64,000 nt of DNA from a virus. The stretch covers positions 96,001-160,000 of IMG/VR virus record IMGVR_UViG_3300027969_000043; one strand, written 5' to 3'. Positions 1-10,638 of this stretch are shown in pieces. The notes under the pieces were generated by a model. The model made no database searches, was not told the origin of the DNA, and saw only the letters and a list, made by a program, of their open reading frames with translations. Each line of letters starts with the position of its first letter. The stretch's first letter is position 1. Both the position numbers and the translations under genes were made by a program.

Positions 1-75
1 GGTAATATCCTTAAAATGGATAAGTATCATAAAGACCTTATAAATAGAGGATTTAAATTAGTAAAACATGGATAA
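1..75 (+). CDS. 3' end of an upstream gene (partial), probably part of the glycan cluster
   Basis: Frame 1 is open from base 1 (GNILKMDKYHKDLINRGFKLVKHG) to TAA at 73-75 and overlaps the next start. Confidence 0.5.
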   Translation, partial: GNILKMDKYHKDLINRGFKLVKHG

Positions 76-787
76 ATTTACATTAGATTTTGACAATTTT
101 TGGTCAATGATTGAAAATAATATAAATTTTACGTTTGCAAGATATGCCGACGGAGAGGTTATGTTGATGGGTGGCGAAGCTGTTGGCAAAATAACACAAG
201 CATTTAAAGTAGATAAATGGGAGGCACCAAATACTTTAACAAGAGCGGGTAAAGAATTACTAGAAACAATAAATCATACTGAAGATAATTACCATTATGC
301 TATCTCAGGTGTTAATGACAATATTAATGATTATAGGTTTTTAAAAAATAAAATAAAACATAAAGAAAGTAATATAACATTTGTTAATCTTTGGATTAAT
401 GCAAATTACAGGAAATCGTTTAAAAAATATGCATCTTTAAAAAGAGATGTTATTTTAATATGTAACCAAGACGCAAAAAAAGAAAACTTCCCATTTAATG
501 TGGTTGATATCCACCCATTTCCAAATGACTGCATAACTTTTTGGGAAGAAAATTCGGATAAATTTATTAATGAATTACTAGAAAAATATGGTAGTTTAAA
601 TGACCAGTTATTTTTTATTTCATGTGGTCCAATATCTGAAATAATAATACATAAACTATATCAAAATAATCCTAATAACACATATATGGATGTTGGTTCA
701 TCAATCGATGAATTTGTACATGGCGAAATAACAAGGCCATACATGGACCCATCATCAATATATTCAAAATTTAAATCTAATTTTTAA
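68..787 (+). CDS. GT-D fold (DUF1792-like) glycosyltransferase
   Basis: N-terminal FARYADGE motif; C-terminal SCGP and DVGSSID; cluster context. Confidence 0.6.
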   Translation: MDKFTLDFDNFWSMIENNINFTFARYADGEVMLMGGEAVGKITQAFKVDKWEAPNTLTRAGKELLETINHTEDNYHYAISGVNDNINDYRFLKNKIKHKESNITFVNLWINANYRKSFKKYASLKRDVILICNQDAKKENFPFNVVDIHPFPNDCITFWEENSDKFINELLEKYGSLNDQLFFISCGPISEIIIHKLYQNNPNNTYMDVGSSIDEFVHGEITRPYMDPSSIYSKFKSNF

Positions 788-1485
788 TGGTACAAGTAGC
801 TTATTCAAACTCTAACTGCATTGACTTATGGGAAGCGTTTCAAAAACAAATGTTTAAACACTCAAAATTAAAACTTTATTTAATATCAGATAAAGAACCT
901 GTCGATTTTGGTCTTGCTGGTGTTAGTATATATGATAATAGTGAACCATACTATAAAGTTTGGGTGGATGGATTAAATAAATTCAATGAAGACTATTTCA
1001 TATATTTACAAGAAGACTTTTTCCTATACGACGACATAAACGAAAGCAAGTTAAACGAATATCTTGATTTTTTAAAAAATAACCCAAAGTATTCTTTTGT
1101 CAGATTGTTTAAATGCGGACATGTAAACAATAATAAAATTACTGAAACACTTTACGAAATTGAATCAAAAAATCATGATATTTTTTCAATGCAAACCACA
1201 ATATGGCGAACATCTGATTACATCAAATTAATGGAGTATGTTAAAGATGATAAATGGTTAGAAAACGATAAATATAGAAAAGCCGCTATCGAATTAAATT
1301 TAAATGGTGTTTATCATTATGATAACGAACAGAAAAGAGGGTGGACACATTATGATTCAAGCATATATCCTTGCATTTCAACAGCGTTAAATAAAGGTCA
1401 ATGGAATCTTAGTGAATACCCAAAAGAATTAAAACCAATTTTAGACGAATATTGTATCGATATATTAAAAAGAGGTGCCGTTTAA
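787..1485 (+). CDS. putative glycosyltransferase (GT-A-like)
   Basis: YFIYLQEDFFL acidic motif; coupled TAATG start; context. Confidence 0.55.
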   Translation: MVQVAYSNSNCIDLWEAFQKQMFKHSKLKLYLISDKEPVDFGLAGVSIYDNSEPYYKVWVDGLNKFNEDYFIYLQEDFFLYDDINESKLNEYLDFLKNNPKYSFVRLFKCGHVNNNKITETLYEIESKNHDIFSMQTTIWRTSDYIKLMEYVKDDKWLENDKYRKAAIELNLNGVYHYDNEQKRGWTHYDSSIYPCISTALNKGQWNLSEYPKELKPILDEYCIDILKRGAV

Positions 1486-1512
1486 TTAAATAATAAATAT
1501 CAAATTGAAATT

Positions 1513-2187
1513 ATGAAAGTTTTTTTATGTTTTTATACAAACGAAAAATTTAGGTCGCGTGAAGATTGGTTAATTAATGAATATTCAAAATCTGGATTTT
1601 CAAACATAATATCGTATCGTTCCGAAAATGTTAAAACTGGTGTTTTTTACGAAGAAAATAAGGAAATTTTAGATTGTAAAACTGGTGACGGATACTGGTT
1701 ATGGAAACCAAAAATAATATTAGACACATTTGAAAAAATGGAATACGGTGACGTATTGGTATATGTAGATGCTGGAGATTTTGTTAATGTAAATGAGAAC
1801 GAAATATTTGATTTTGCTAAAATTAATGATTACTATTTTACAAATTGGAATGGTGTTAGGTGGCCTCAAAAAATATGTACTAAAAGGGATTGTTTTATAT
1901 TAATGGATTGTGATACAGAAATTTATCATGAGACATCACAAATGGAAGCTGGATTTTTAATCTTTAAAAAAACGGACCAAGTCATTCTATTACTTAACGA
2001 TTATTTATATTATTGTAAAAACAAAAACATTGTCGATAACGAACCTAATATACATGGAGATAATTTTCCTAATTGGCAATTCCATAGAAATGACCAAAGT
2101 ATTTTAACAAATTTAATTGTAAAACATGGTTTAACATTTAATAGTACTCTTGACAATAAAATAAAATGTAATATTTTTATACCATGA
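1513..2187 (+). CDS. putative glycosyltransferase
   Basis: GYWLWKP, YVDAG and HRNDQSIL motifs of GT-A-like phage/capsule transferases. Confidence 0.6.
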   Translation: MKVFLCFYTNEKFRSREDWLINEYSKSGFSNIISYRSENVKTGVFYEENKEILDCKTGDGYWLWKPKIILDTFEKMEYGDVLVYVDAGDFVNVNENEIFDFAKINDYYFTNWNGVRWPQKICTKRDCFILMDCDTEIYHETSQMEAGFLIFKKTDQVILLLNDYLYYCKNKNIVDNEPNIHGDNFPNWQFHRNDQSILTNLIVKHGLTFNSTLDNKIKCNIFIP

Positions 2188-2945
2188 AATTTATAGCACT
2201 TAATTATAACTACGATTTGGATAAAATGTCAGATATTGGTAGAAAATGGGCTTACGATGTCTATAAAAATAATGACTTTATTTCCGAATATTCATCTGCT
2301 TCATACGCAACATTTATTGATAAAAATCCATCACATAAACTACATCTTTATACTGATAATGTAGATTATATGAAGACAAAAATGGATAAATACAATATCG
2401 ACCAAAGTCGAATTATATATATCGATTATTCAGAAAACTTAAAACAATATGATAAAAATTTAAAATATAGTTTTACAATTTTAAATGATTTTATTAACTT
2501 TGCAAAATCTGATACAGAATATACAATTAAAATAGACAACGATTTAATATTCACAAAAGAATTAAAACTTCCAGATTTAAATAGTATATTAGTTTGGAAG
2601 TATGAAAGAATTGTTAAACACGGCGATACTAGGTGGGGTGAAATAAAAATATGTAACGAAGTATTAAACAATACCGATTTTAAAGTATACAATTTAGGTA
2701 TTTTTGGTCTACCACCAGAATATCAAACGGTAGAAGCAAAAGAAATAATGGACAGAATGATTTCAGTTGACATTTCTGATGTAACTGACGTAGATTCAAA
2801 AATTTACCATTGTTGTGAGCAGACAGCAAACAATTGGATATTTAACAAATATAATTATAATATCATAGAAGCACATACACAAGTTGACCATCTATTTGAC
2901 AATAAAGGAATGTGTATAGAAAGAGCTAAATACTTATTAAAATGA
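2184..2945 (+). CDS. putative glycosyltransferase
   Basis: LYTD and KIDND (DxD), NLGIFG, CEQ; ATGA overlap with the upstream gene. Confidence 0.5.
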   Translation: MKFIALNYNYDLDKMSDIGRKWAYDVYKNNDFISEYSSASYATFIDKNPSHKLHLYTDNVDYMKTKMDKYNIDQSRIIYIDYSENLKQYDKNLKYSFTILNDFINFAKSDTEYTIKIDNDLIFTKELKLPDLNSILVWKYERIVKHGDTRWGEIKICNEVLNNTDFKVYNLGIFGLPPEYQTVEAKEIMDRMISVDISDVTDVDSKIYHCCEQTANNWIFNKYNYNIIEAHTQVDHLFDNKGMCIERAKYLLK

Positions 2946-3709
2946 AAACTACCTGTTTATTAACAATCCATAATAAAGAATTTTTAGCTGAAAGGGTTTG
3001 TCAATCGTTAGTTAATAATCTATCAGAGAATAACGACCAAATTATTGTTGTTTTTGATGGTTGTACAGACAATAGTGAAGCATTGGCTAGAAATGTTTTA
3101 GATAGCGTAACCAATAAAAAAATTGATTATGTATATACCAACGATGTTTATGAGACAAAAGCTAATAATGCTGGTTTAAAATTAGTTCAAAACGATTACG
3201 TTGTACTTATTCAAGACGACATGGTTGTAAATGAAAATAATTTTGATACGCGAATGCTAGAACCTTTTTTAAAATTTAATGATGTGTTTGCTGTCACGTC
3301 ATTTGTTGCTCATAATAACATATACAATGAAATAACAAAACAAATAAACTATATTGATGTAGCAGCAAAAGATTCTTCGGAGAGAGATATTTTTTATGCT
3401 AGAGAATATGCTAATAGAGGACCTTTAATGTATAATTTTAATGATGTTGTTAAACTTAATTTTTTGGATGAATATTTTGCACCACAAAATTATGATGATA
3501 TGGACATCTCAATGAGAGCGTTTAAAGAACTTGGTAAAGTATCTGGATTATATTGGGTTGACTATACATCTGACCCTAGTTGGGGAACGACTAGACAAAA
3601 GAAAACATCATTATATAATGATTTAGTTTATATTAACGCCGCAAAAATACTTGAAAAACATAAAGATTTGTTATACAGTAACAAATTTGTAGAAAATAGA
3701 AAAATGTAA
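2942..3709 (+). CDS. glycosyltransferase family 2
   Basis: IIVVFDGCTDNS, NAGLK, LIQDD, DDMDISMR. Confidence 0.85.
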   Translation: MKTTCLLTIHNKEFLAERVCQSLVNNLSENNDQIIVVFDGCTDNSEALARNVLDSVTNKKIDYVYTNDVYETKANNAGLKLVQNDYVVLIQDDMVVNENNFDTRMLEPFLKFNDVFAVTSFVAHNNIYNEITKQINYIDVAAKDSSERDIFYAREYANRGPLMYNFNDVVKLNFLDEYFAPQNYDDMDISMRAFKELGKVSGLYWVDYTSDPSWGTTRQKKTSLYNDLVYINAAKILEKHKDLLYSNKFVENRKM

Positions 3710-3711
3710 TT

Positions 3712-4302
3712 ATGAAAATTAAACCATCAGACGATACACAATGGAGAGCCGAAAATGGTGATAATACTTATCGAATAAACTATAATTTAAATAATGAATC
3801 TGTTATTGTTGATTTAGGGGCTAGACATGGAGACTGGTCAGACCTAATTAAACAAAAATACAACCCAAAAATTTATTGTTTTGAAGTGGTTCCAGAGTTT
3901 TGTAATCAATTAAAACACAAAGGGTATAATACTTTTTGTTCTGCCGTTTCAAATAAAAAAGAAAAAATAAAATTAGGTGTTTTTGAATCTGAAGCTTCTA
4001 TATTCTATACTGAATCAGACTTTGAATGTGATGCTATTTCGGCTAGTGAAATTTTTAATCTTATCAAAAAAAATCATATAGATTTAATGAAAATAAATGT
4101 TGAGGGTGCTGAATATAAAATACTTAATGAATTAATTGATAACAAAAATATAGATAAAGTCGATAACATACAAGTACAATTCCATTTATTTGACAATTCT
4201 GAAAATGATGAATATGAAAAATTATCTGAAAAACTATCAAAAACACATGAGATATCTTGGAGATTTCCATTTGTCTGGGAAAATTGGACATTAAAAAAAT
4301 AA
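3712..4302 (+). CDS. FkbM-family methyltransferase
   Basis: VDLGARHG, CFEVVP, LMKINVEGAEY. Confidence 0.85.
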   Translation: MKIKPSDDTQWRAENGDNTYRINYNLNNESVIVDLGARHGDWSDLIKQKYNPKIYCFEVVPEFCNQLKHKGYNTFCSAVSNKKEKIKLGVFESEASIFYTESDFECDAISASEIFNLIKKNHIDLMKINVEGAEYKILNELIDNKNIDKVDNIQVQFHLFDNSENDEYEKLSEKLSKTHEISWRFPFVWENWTLKK

Positions 4303-4308
4303 AAAAAT

Positions 4309-4893
4309 ATGATAAAAACACCAATTAAAAAAGAAAAATGGGTTGAAGCCCAAATAGAAGAAAAAATACATCACATGCACGAAAATGTTGATGCCTCAGT
4401 AAATAGATGGGGTGAAATATATAATTTTTATTTTAGATATTTAGACATTGATACTAATCTTGAAAATAAGACTATTTTAGAAATAGGTCCAGCTAAAATT
4501 GCTGCATTAATTTATTGTAATAATTATGGTCCTTCATTTATTGTTGAACCAACTAAATATGAAGATACTGAACATTTGTATGTTGATAAACCAATTACTT
4601 TTATTAGAGATACATATGAAGATTGCGAATCACCTGTTGTTGATGAAATTTGGCTTTTTAATGTTTTACAACACATTGTAGACCCTGATTTGTTTATTGA
4701 AAAATGTAAAAAAAGTGCTAAAATAATTAAATTTTTTGAACCGATAAACACACCAATAGAAGTACATCACCCACATTCATTTACTTTTGATGAATATGTT
4801 AAATATTTTGGTGATTCTGTTAAATTATATAACGGGTCCACAGAAATTTACCATACAGCAGATTGCGTATATGGTATTTATAAATGCCAATAA
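4309..4893 (+). CDS. class I SAM-dependent methyltransferase
   Basis: ILEIGPA, IVEP, FNVLQHIVDP. Confidence 0.7.
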   Translation: MIKTPIKKEKWVEAQIEEKIHHMHENVDASVNRWGEIYNFYFRYLDIDTNLENKTILEIGPAKIAALIYCNNYGPSFIVEPTKYEDTEHLYVDKPITFIRDTYEDCESPVVDEIWLFNVLQHIVDPDLFIEKCKKSAKIIKFFEPINTPIEVHHPHSFTFDEYVKYFGDSVKLYNGSTEIYHTADCVYGIYKCQ

Positions 4894-4906
4894 AAAATAA
4901 AATAAA

Positions 4907-5545
4907 ATGAAAACATATTCACAGTGTGGGCAAGATTTATTTGTCCTAAATCTTTTAAAAATTAAAAATGGTACTTTTTTAGATTTAGGTTGCTACTTGC
5001 CTAAAAATATCAATAACACATTTTTACTAGAACAAAATGGTTGGGTTGGTATCTCATTAGATATTAACGATTATTCGAATGAATGGTCGGTTAGAAAAAA
5101 TAAATTTATTCAATGTGATTGTTTAAATCAAGATTATAATGAATTGTTAAGTAAGAATTATGATAGTAACGTAATCGATTATTTAACATTAGATATGGAG
5201 GCCTTAGGTGACAGATATGCATTATTAGATATTATTTTAAAAACTAATTATGAATTTAAAATAATCACAATTGAACACGATTCACATTTAGGTCAACAAT
5301 ATGTTAATAATGAAAAAATACCGCAAAGAGAATTACTAACAAAAATGGGTTACGACCTTGTTTGTGCCGATGTTTCACATAAGGATTACCCTAATGATTT
5401 TTACGAAGATTGGTGGGTCAATAAAAAATATTTTACAGAAAATGAATATAAGTCTTGGATTTCAAACAAAGAAAGTTTTGATAAAATCCTAAATAAAAAT
5501 AATATAAATCATGAAAGTACTACCGAATCAATGTCGTGGTATTAA
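4907..5545 (+). CDS. FkbM-like methyltransferase
   Basis: YSQCGQD, FLDLGC, NNTFLLE, IDYLTLDME, ITIEHD, EDWWV. Confidence 0.8.
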   Translation: MKTYSQCGQDLFVLNLLKIKNGTFLDLGCYLPKNINNTFLLEQNGWVGISLDINDYSNEWSVRKNKFIQCDCLNQDYNELLSKNYDSNVIDYLTLDMEALGDRYALLDIILKTNYEFKIITIEHDSHLGQQYVNNEKIPQRELLTKMGYDLVCADVSHKDYPNDFYEDWWVNKKYFTENEYKSWISNKESFDKILNKNNINHESTTESMSWY

Positions 5546-5566
5546 TTAAAATTAACAATAAATAAA

Positions 5567-6592
5567 ATGAAAAGAATATTAGTACTAGGTGGTGGAGGAT
5601 TTATTGGTGGACACTTAGCAAAAAAATTAAAAGATGCGGGTCATTGGGTTAGAGTTGTTGACATTAAAAAACATGAATACTTTAAAACTGAAGAGTTCTG
5701 TAGTGAATTTATAATAGGTGATTTAAAAGATAGGATGCTAGTGTCTAGAGTTATGCTAAGCCCAACACAAACATCGTTAAACGATGCTGAAAATGCTTTT
5801 GATGAAGTATACCAGCTTGCTGCTGATATGGGTGGTGCTGGTTATATATTCACTGGTGAAAACGACTTTAACGTTATGCATAATTCATGTATGATTAATT
5901 TAAATGTTGTTGAGCATGCGGTTAAATTTAATGTTAAAAAATTATTTTATTCTTCATCAGCATGTATGTATCCAGAACATAATCAACTAGACCCAAATAA
6001 CCCAAATTGCGAAGAAAGTTCAGCATATCCAGCAAATCCAGATTCTGAATATGGTTGGGAAAAATTATTTAGTGAAAGAATATATTTAACAGCTAATCGT
6101 AATTATAATTTAAATGTTAGAATTGCAAGATTTCATAATATATTCGGTCCTCAGGGTACTTGGAAAGGTGGTAAAGAAAAGGCACCTGCAGCTATGTGTA
6201 GAAAAGCTTGCGAAACACCTGATGGTGGTACTTTAGAAGTTTGGGGTGATGGAAGTCAAACACGCTCATTTTTATATATTGATGAATGTGTTGAGGCAGT
6301 ATTACGATTAATGGACAGCGATTTTATCGGACCTGTAAATATTGGTTCTGAAGAAAAAGTTACAATTAATGAACTAGCTGAAATGGCGATTAAACTATCT
6401 GGTAAAAATATCCATATTAAAAACATATATGGTGAAGAGTTTATTCAAAAATACGGACACAAATGTCCACTTGGTGTAAAAGGAAGAAATTCTGACAATA
6501 AATTATACAAAGAAAAAATTGGATGGTCAGTAAACGAACCGTTAATTAATGGGTTAACTAAAACATACCAATGGATAAAGACAATGAATTAA
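5567..6592 (+). CDS. NAD-dependent epimerase, GDP-mannose 3,5-epimerase-like
   Basis: GGGGFIG, AADMGGAG, SSACMYP (catalytic Cys), YGWEK (YxxxK), EKAPAAMCRK. Confidence 0.85.
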   Translation: MKRILVLGGGGFIGGHLAKKLKDAGHWVRVVDIKKHEYFKTEEFCSEFIIGDLKDRMLVSRVMLSPTQTSLNDAENAFDEVYQLAADMGGAGYIFTGENDFNVMHNSCMINLNVVEHAVKFNVKKLFYSSSACMYPEHNQLDPNNPNCEESSAYPANPDSEYGWEKLFSERIYLTANRNYNLNVRIARFHNIFGPQGTWKGGKEKAPAAMCRKACETPDGGTLEVWGDGSQTRSFLYIDECVEAVLRLMDSDFIGPVNIGSEEKVTINELAEMAIKLSGKNIHIKNIYGEEFIQKYGHKCPLGVKGRNSDNKLYKEKIGWSVNEPLINGLTKTYQWIKTMN

Positions 6593-7197
6593 AACAAAAA
6601 TTTGCAATTGTAGTACAAGGGCCATCGAATCATGTTGAAGAAATAAAAAAAGCTTGGGATGGATTTACAATTATTTGGTCAACTTGGATTGGTGAAGAAA
6701 GTAAGTATAATTTTAATGATATTGTAATTTTTAACGAATACCCACAAGACCGAGGTGTTAATAATTTAGGATTGCAAAAAATATCAACAATTGAAGGTAT
6801 TAAAAAAGCAAAAGAATTAGGCTTTAAACATGTTTTAAAATGGAGAAGTGATTTAATACCAAATAATTCTAATGAATTAATAAAATCTTTTAAAGACAAC
6901 CATTTGAATTTTTTATCTTGGCATATTGAAGGTGAATATTTTATTGATTACTTTTTAGGTGGTGGTATTGATGATGTCTATGAAGCATGGAATTTAAATA
7001 CGACATCTGGTCCATTTCCTGAAAGAGTTATAACAGATAATATTCTTGATAAGAAATTTAAAAATTTTAATTTTATTGCTAACGAATTATCTAAAGATAA
7101 TGAAGTTTTTTGGCCAAAATATAATGTGTATCTTTCTAGTTATAATGGCCTACCAGGTAGCAATGTAGATGTTGTTAAATATAAAATTTTAGAATGA
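6571..7197 (+). CDS. WavE-like polysaccharide synthesis protein
   Basis: AIVVQGP, IWSTW, Q..ST..G, KWRSD. Confidence 0.65.
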   Translation: MDKDNELKQKFAIVVQGPSNHVEEIKKAWDGFTIIWSTWIGEESKYNFNDIVIFNEYPQDRGVNNLGLQKISTIEGIKKAKELGFKHVLKWRSDLIPNNSNELIKSFKDNHLNFLSWHIEGEYFIDYFLGGGIDDVYEAWNLNTTSGPFPERVITDNILDKKFKNFNFIANELSKDNEVFWPKYNVYLSSYNGLPGSNVDVVKYKILE

Positions 7198-8552
7198 TGA
7201 TTAAATTAATTATTTTTGATTTAGATGGTGTTTTATTTGATGGTAAAGATATACATTTTGATACACTAAACGAAGCATTAGGTCCAGAATATTATATTGA
7301 TTGGGGTGAACATTTAAGTAAATATGACGGACTTAAAACAATCCAAAAGCTTGAAATGTTAACAAAAGAAAAGGGGTTACCAATAAATAAATACGATGAA
7401 ATTTGGAAAAATAAACAACGGCTCACCATTGAAAAAATAAAAAATATTAAGTCATCAACACAACTAAAAGTCTGCATCGATACTTTATCAAAAAAAGGTT
7501 ATAAATTAGTTTGTTGTAGTAATAGTATTAGAAAAACAATATTAACTGTACTATCAAAATTAGAAATTATTGAATATTTTGATTTGATTCTTTCAAACGA
7601 AGATGTTAAAAATAGCAAACCACATCCAGAAATTTATTGGAAAGCAATATCAATAATGGGTGTTATACCAGAAGAAACATTAATTATTGAAGATTCACCA
7701 TATGGTTTATTGGCGGCAAGTAGAAGCAATTCTCATGTTATGAGAGTATCATCACCAAAAGATGTAACATATGATAATATATTTAAAAACTTAAATAAAG
7801 AAAAAATGAATATAATACCAAAATGGAAAGACGAAAAATTAAATATATTAATACCTATGGCTGGAGCTGGGAGTAGATTTGAAAATGCTGGTTACACATT
7901 TCCAAAACCACTTATTGATGTCAATGGAAAACCAATGATTCAATTAGTTGTTGAAAACCTAAATTTAGACGCGAACTATATTTACATTGTTCAAAAATCA
8001 CATCGTCAAAAATACAATTTGGATACTTTATTAAATTTAATAACGCCAAATTGTAAAATAATTGATGTTGATGGGTTAACAGAAGGCGCAGCTTGCACCG
8101 CATTATTAGCTAAAGATTATATAAATAATCAAAACCCTTTATTTTTTGCTAATTCAGACCAATTTGTTGAATGGGATTCAAATGAATTTATGTATAAAAT
8201 GCAAGAGACAAATACCGATGGTGGTATTGTTACATTTAAATCAACGCATCCAAAATGGTCATTTGTTAAATTAAATACAAATACTAATTTAGTTGAAGAA
8301 GTTGCAGAAAAAAATCCAATATCTGATAATGCGACTGTTGGTTATTATTATTGGAAACATGGTAGTGATTTTGTAAATTATGCCGAAAAAATGATTCAAA
8401 AAAACATACGTGTTAATAATGAATTTTATGTTTGCCCTGTATTTAATCAAGCAATCGAAGATAATAAAAAAATAAGAATTTTTAATGCCACAAAAATGTG
8501 GGGACTAGGTACACCAGAAGATTTAAAATATTTTTTAGAAAATAATAAATAA
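7194..8552 (+). CDS. HAD phosphatase fused to a sugar-nucleotidyltransferase-like domain
   Basis: N-terminal FDLDGVL, KPHP, IEDS; C-terminal IPMAGAGSRF..PKPLI, GLGTPEDL. Confidence 0.85.
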   Translation: MMIKLIIFDLDGVLFDGKDIHFDTLNEALGPEYYIDWGEHLSKYDGLKTIQKLEMLTKEKGLPINKYDEIWKNKQRLTIEKIKNIKSSTQLKVCIDTLSKKGYKLVCCSNSIRKTILTVLSKLEIIEYFDLILSNEDVKNSKPHPEIYWKAISIMGVIPEETLIIEDSPYGLLAASRSNSHVMRVSSPKDVTYDNIFKNLNKEKMNIIPKWKDEKLNILIPMAGAGSRFENAGYTFPKPLIDVNGKPMIQLVVENLNLDANYIYIVQKSHRQKYNLDTLLNLITPNCKIIDVDGLTEGAACTALLAKDYINNQNPLFFANSDQFVEWDSNEFMYKMQETNTDGGIVTFKSTHPKWSFVKLNTNTNLVEEVAEKNPISDNATVGYYYWKHGSDFVNYAEKMIQKNIRVNNEFYVCPVFNQAIEDNKKIRIFNATKMWGLGTPEDLKYFLENNK

Positions 8553-8573
8553 AACAAAACAAAACAAAAAAAA

Positions 8574-9182
8574 ATGGAAAAAAAGATTTATGTAGAAGTT
8601 GGTTCAAATACTGGAACCGATACACAACGATTTGTTAACGATGATTCAATAGTTTATTGCTTTGAGCCATCAATGGAATTATCGTTTAATTTATGGGAGC
8701 GATATAAACATCACGATAATGTAATTGTATTACCTTTTGCTATTGATATTGAAAACAGTATTAAAAAATTTAACGTTGCTGGTACATCAAATTGGGGTTG
8801 CAGTAGTTTAAATAATTTTGATAGTAATATTGCACATAAATGGCCAGGTAGACCTGATTTTATGTTTACCCATTCATATGTGGTACCAACAATAACACTT
8901 TACGATTTTATTAATTTATATAATATTGAACACATTGATTATCTGTGGATAGATGCCCAAGGTCATGATTTTAATGTTATTAAAAGCCTTAAAGATAAAA
9001 TTAATATAGTAAAAGAAGGCAGATGCGAAGCCGCTCATAATGTTACGTTGTACGAAGGTGTTAATAACAATTATCAAGATATTATCGATTATTTAAGTAA
9101 CTTTGGATTTGAATCAGAAATTGAATTAGACCGTTCTGGATTTGGTGCTGAATGTGATGTTTCATTTAAAAAAAGAATATGA
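8574..9182 (+). CDS. FkbM-family methyltransferase
   Basis: VEVGSNTG, CFEP, GCSSL, IDYLWIDAQGHD. Confidence 0.85.
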   Translation: MEKKIYVEVGSNTGTDTQRFVNDDSIVYCFEPSMELSFNLWERYKHHDNVIVLPFAIDIENSIKKFNVAGTSNWGCSSLNNFDSNIAHKWPGRPDFMFTHSYVVPTITLYDFINLYNIEHIDYLWIDAQGHDFNVIKSLKDKINIVKEGRCEAAHNVTLYEGVNNNYQDIIDYLSNFGFESEIELDRSGFGAECDVSFKKRI

Positions 9183-9628
9183 TATTAATATCACATAGAG
9201 GAAATACCATTGGGCCAATACCTAATTTGGAAAATGAACCAAAATATATAGATAATGCAATTTCTGATGGTTTTGATGTTGAAGTTGATGTTTGGTGTAT
9301 AAAAAATAAAGAAGATAATTGGCAATTATTTTTAGGTCATGATGAACCACAATATGGTATAAATTATGATTGGCTTTCTGATAGAATTGCAAATCTTTGG
9401 GTACATTGTAAAAATATCGAAGCTATTGAATTTTTTAAAAATACAAAAATTAATTATTTTTGGCATCAATATGATACATTAACACTAACATCAAACAAAT
9501 ATATTTGGGCGTATCCTGGAAAACAACCAATAAGTGGTAGCATTGCTGTTATGCCTGAAATTAATTCTGATAACATAACTAAATGTATTGGTGTTTGCTC
9601 TGATTATATAAAAAATTATAAAAAATGA
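9179..9628 (+). CDS. small glycerophosphodiester phosphodiesterase-like protein
   Basis: ISHRGN, EN, DVEVDVW, LGHD, HCKN, GVCSD. Confidence 0.7.
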   Translation: MILISHRGNTIGPIPNLENEPKYIDNAISDGFDVEVDVWCIKNKEDNWQLFLGHDEPQYGINYDWLSDRIANLWVHCKNIEAIEFFKNTKINYFWHQYDTLTLTSNKYIWAYPGKQPISGSIAVMPEINSDNITKCIGVCSDYIKNYKK

Positions 9629-10629
9629 TATTATTAACTTACGGGACTAGACCAGAATATATAAAAATTAAACCATTAATTAACGAAATGGTGAAACAAA
9701 ATATATCATTTAAAACATTATTTACAGGTCAACATAAAGACATAGTAAATAATGATGCTGATTTTGTTTTAGATATGAAAAATTATGGTGAAAATAGATT
9801 GGATAATATTATACAAAATTGTATGAATATGCCGTCAAGCTGGTTTGATGGGATTGACTATATTTTAGTTCAAGGCGATACAACATCGGTTACTGGATTA
9901 GCGCTAGCGGCACTACATAGAAAAATAAAATTAATACATCTAGAAGCTGGCCTTAGAACATATGACACCGAAAATCCTTACCCCGAAGAAAATAATAGAC
10001 GAATCGTTTCAACAATTGCTGACATACATCTATGTCCAACAGAGCAAAATAAAATTAATTTATTAAACGAAAACATTCCTGAGAATAAAATATATGTTGT
10101 TGGTAATACTGGTTTAGATAATTTATTAAATTTAAACTATGAAATAAAATACGATAATAAAATTTTAATAACTCTTCATAGACGTGAAAATCATGAAAAA
10201 ATGGATGAGTGGTTTATTGCTTTAAACAATATTGCAAAAAGATACAAAGATTACGAATTTATATTACCAATACATCCAAACCCAAATGTTCAAAAACATA
10301 AACATTTGTTAACAGACATTAAAGTTATCAACCCATTAAATCATGAAGAACTTATAAAATATTTATTTACTATAAAATTAGTTATTACCGATAGCGGTGG
10401 TATACAAGAAGAATGTAGTTTTTTAAACAAAAAATGTTTGGTTTGTCGAAAAATAACAGAAAGACCAGAATCGGTAGGTTTAACCAGTTTTTTAGTTGAT
10501 GAACCAGAAAATTTATATGGGCTGTTTGAAGAACATATTAAATCAGCAACATCAATGGATGACCAAAAATGTCCATTCGGTGACGGAAAATCATCCGAAA
10601 GAATTTGTAATATTTTTAGATATTTATAG
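9625..10629 (+). CDS. wecB: UDP-N-acetylglucosamine 2-epimerase (non-hydrolysing)
   Basis: GTRPEYIK, TGQH, VQGDT, HLEAGLRT, PEE.NR, TLHRREN, TDSGGIQEE, FGDG. Confidence 0.92.
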   Translation: MILLTYGTRPEYIKIKPLINEMVKQNISFKTLFTGQHKDIVNNDADFVLDMKNYGENRLDNIIQNCMNMPSSWFDGIDYILVQGDTTSVTGLALAALHRKIKLIHLEAGLRTYDTENPYPEENNRRIVSTIADIHLCPTEQNKINLLNENIPENKIYVVGNTGLDNLLNLNYEIKYDNKILITLHRRENHEKMDEWFIALNNIAKRYKDYEFILPIHPNPNVQKHKHLLTDIKVINPLNHEELIKYLFTIKLVITDSGGIQEECSFLNKKCLVCRKITERPESVGLTSFLVDEPENLYGLFEEHIKSATSMDDQKCPFGDGKSSERICNIFRYL

Positions 10630-10638
10630 TAAAAATAC

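Noticed and set aside
8549-8573. AAAAC short tandem repeat before 8574
   Set aside because: Only about three units within an A-rich translation leader; no evidence for phase variation
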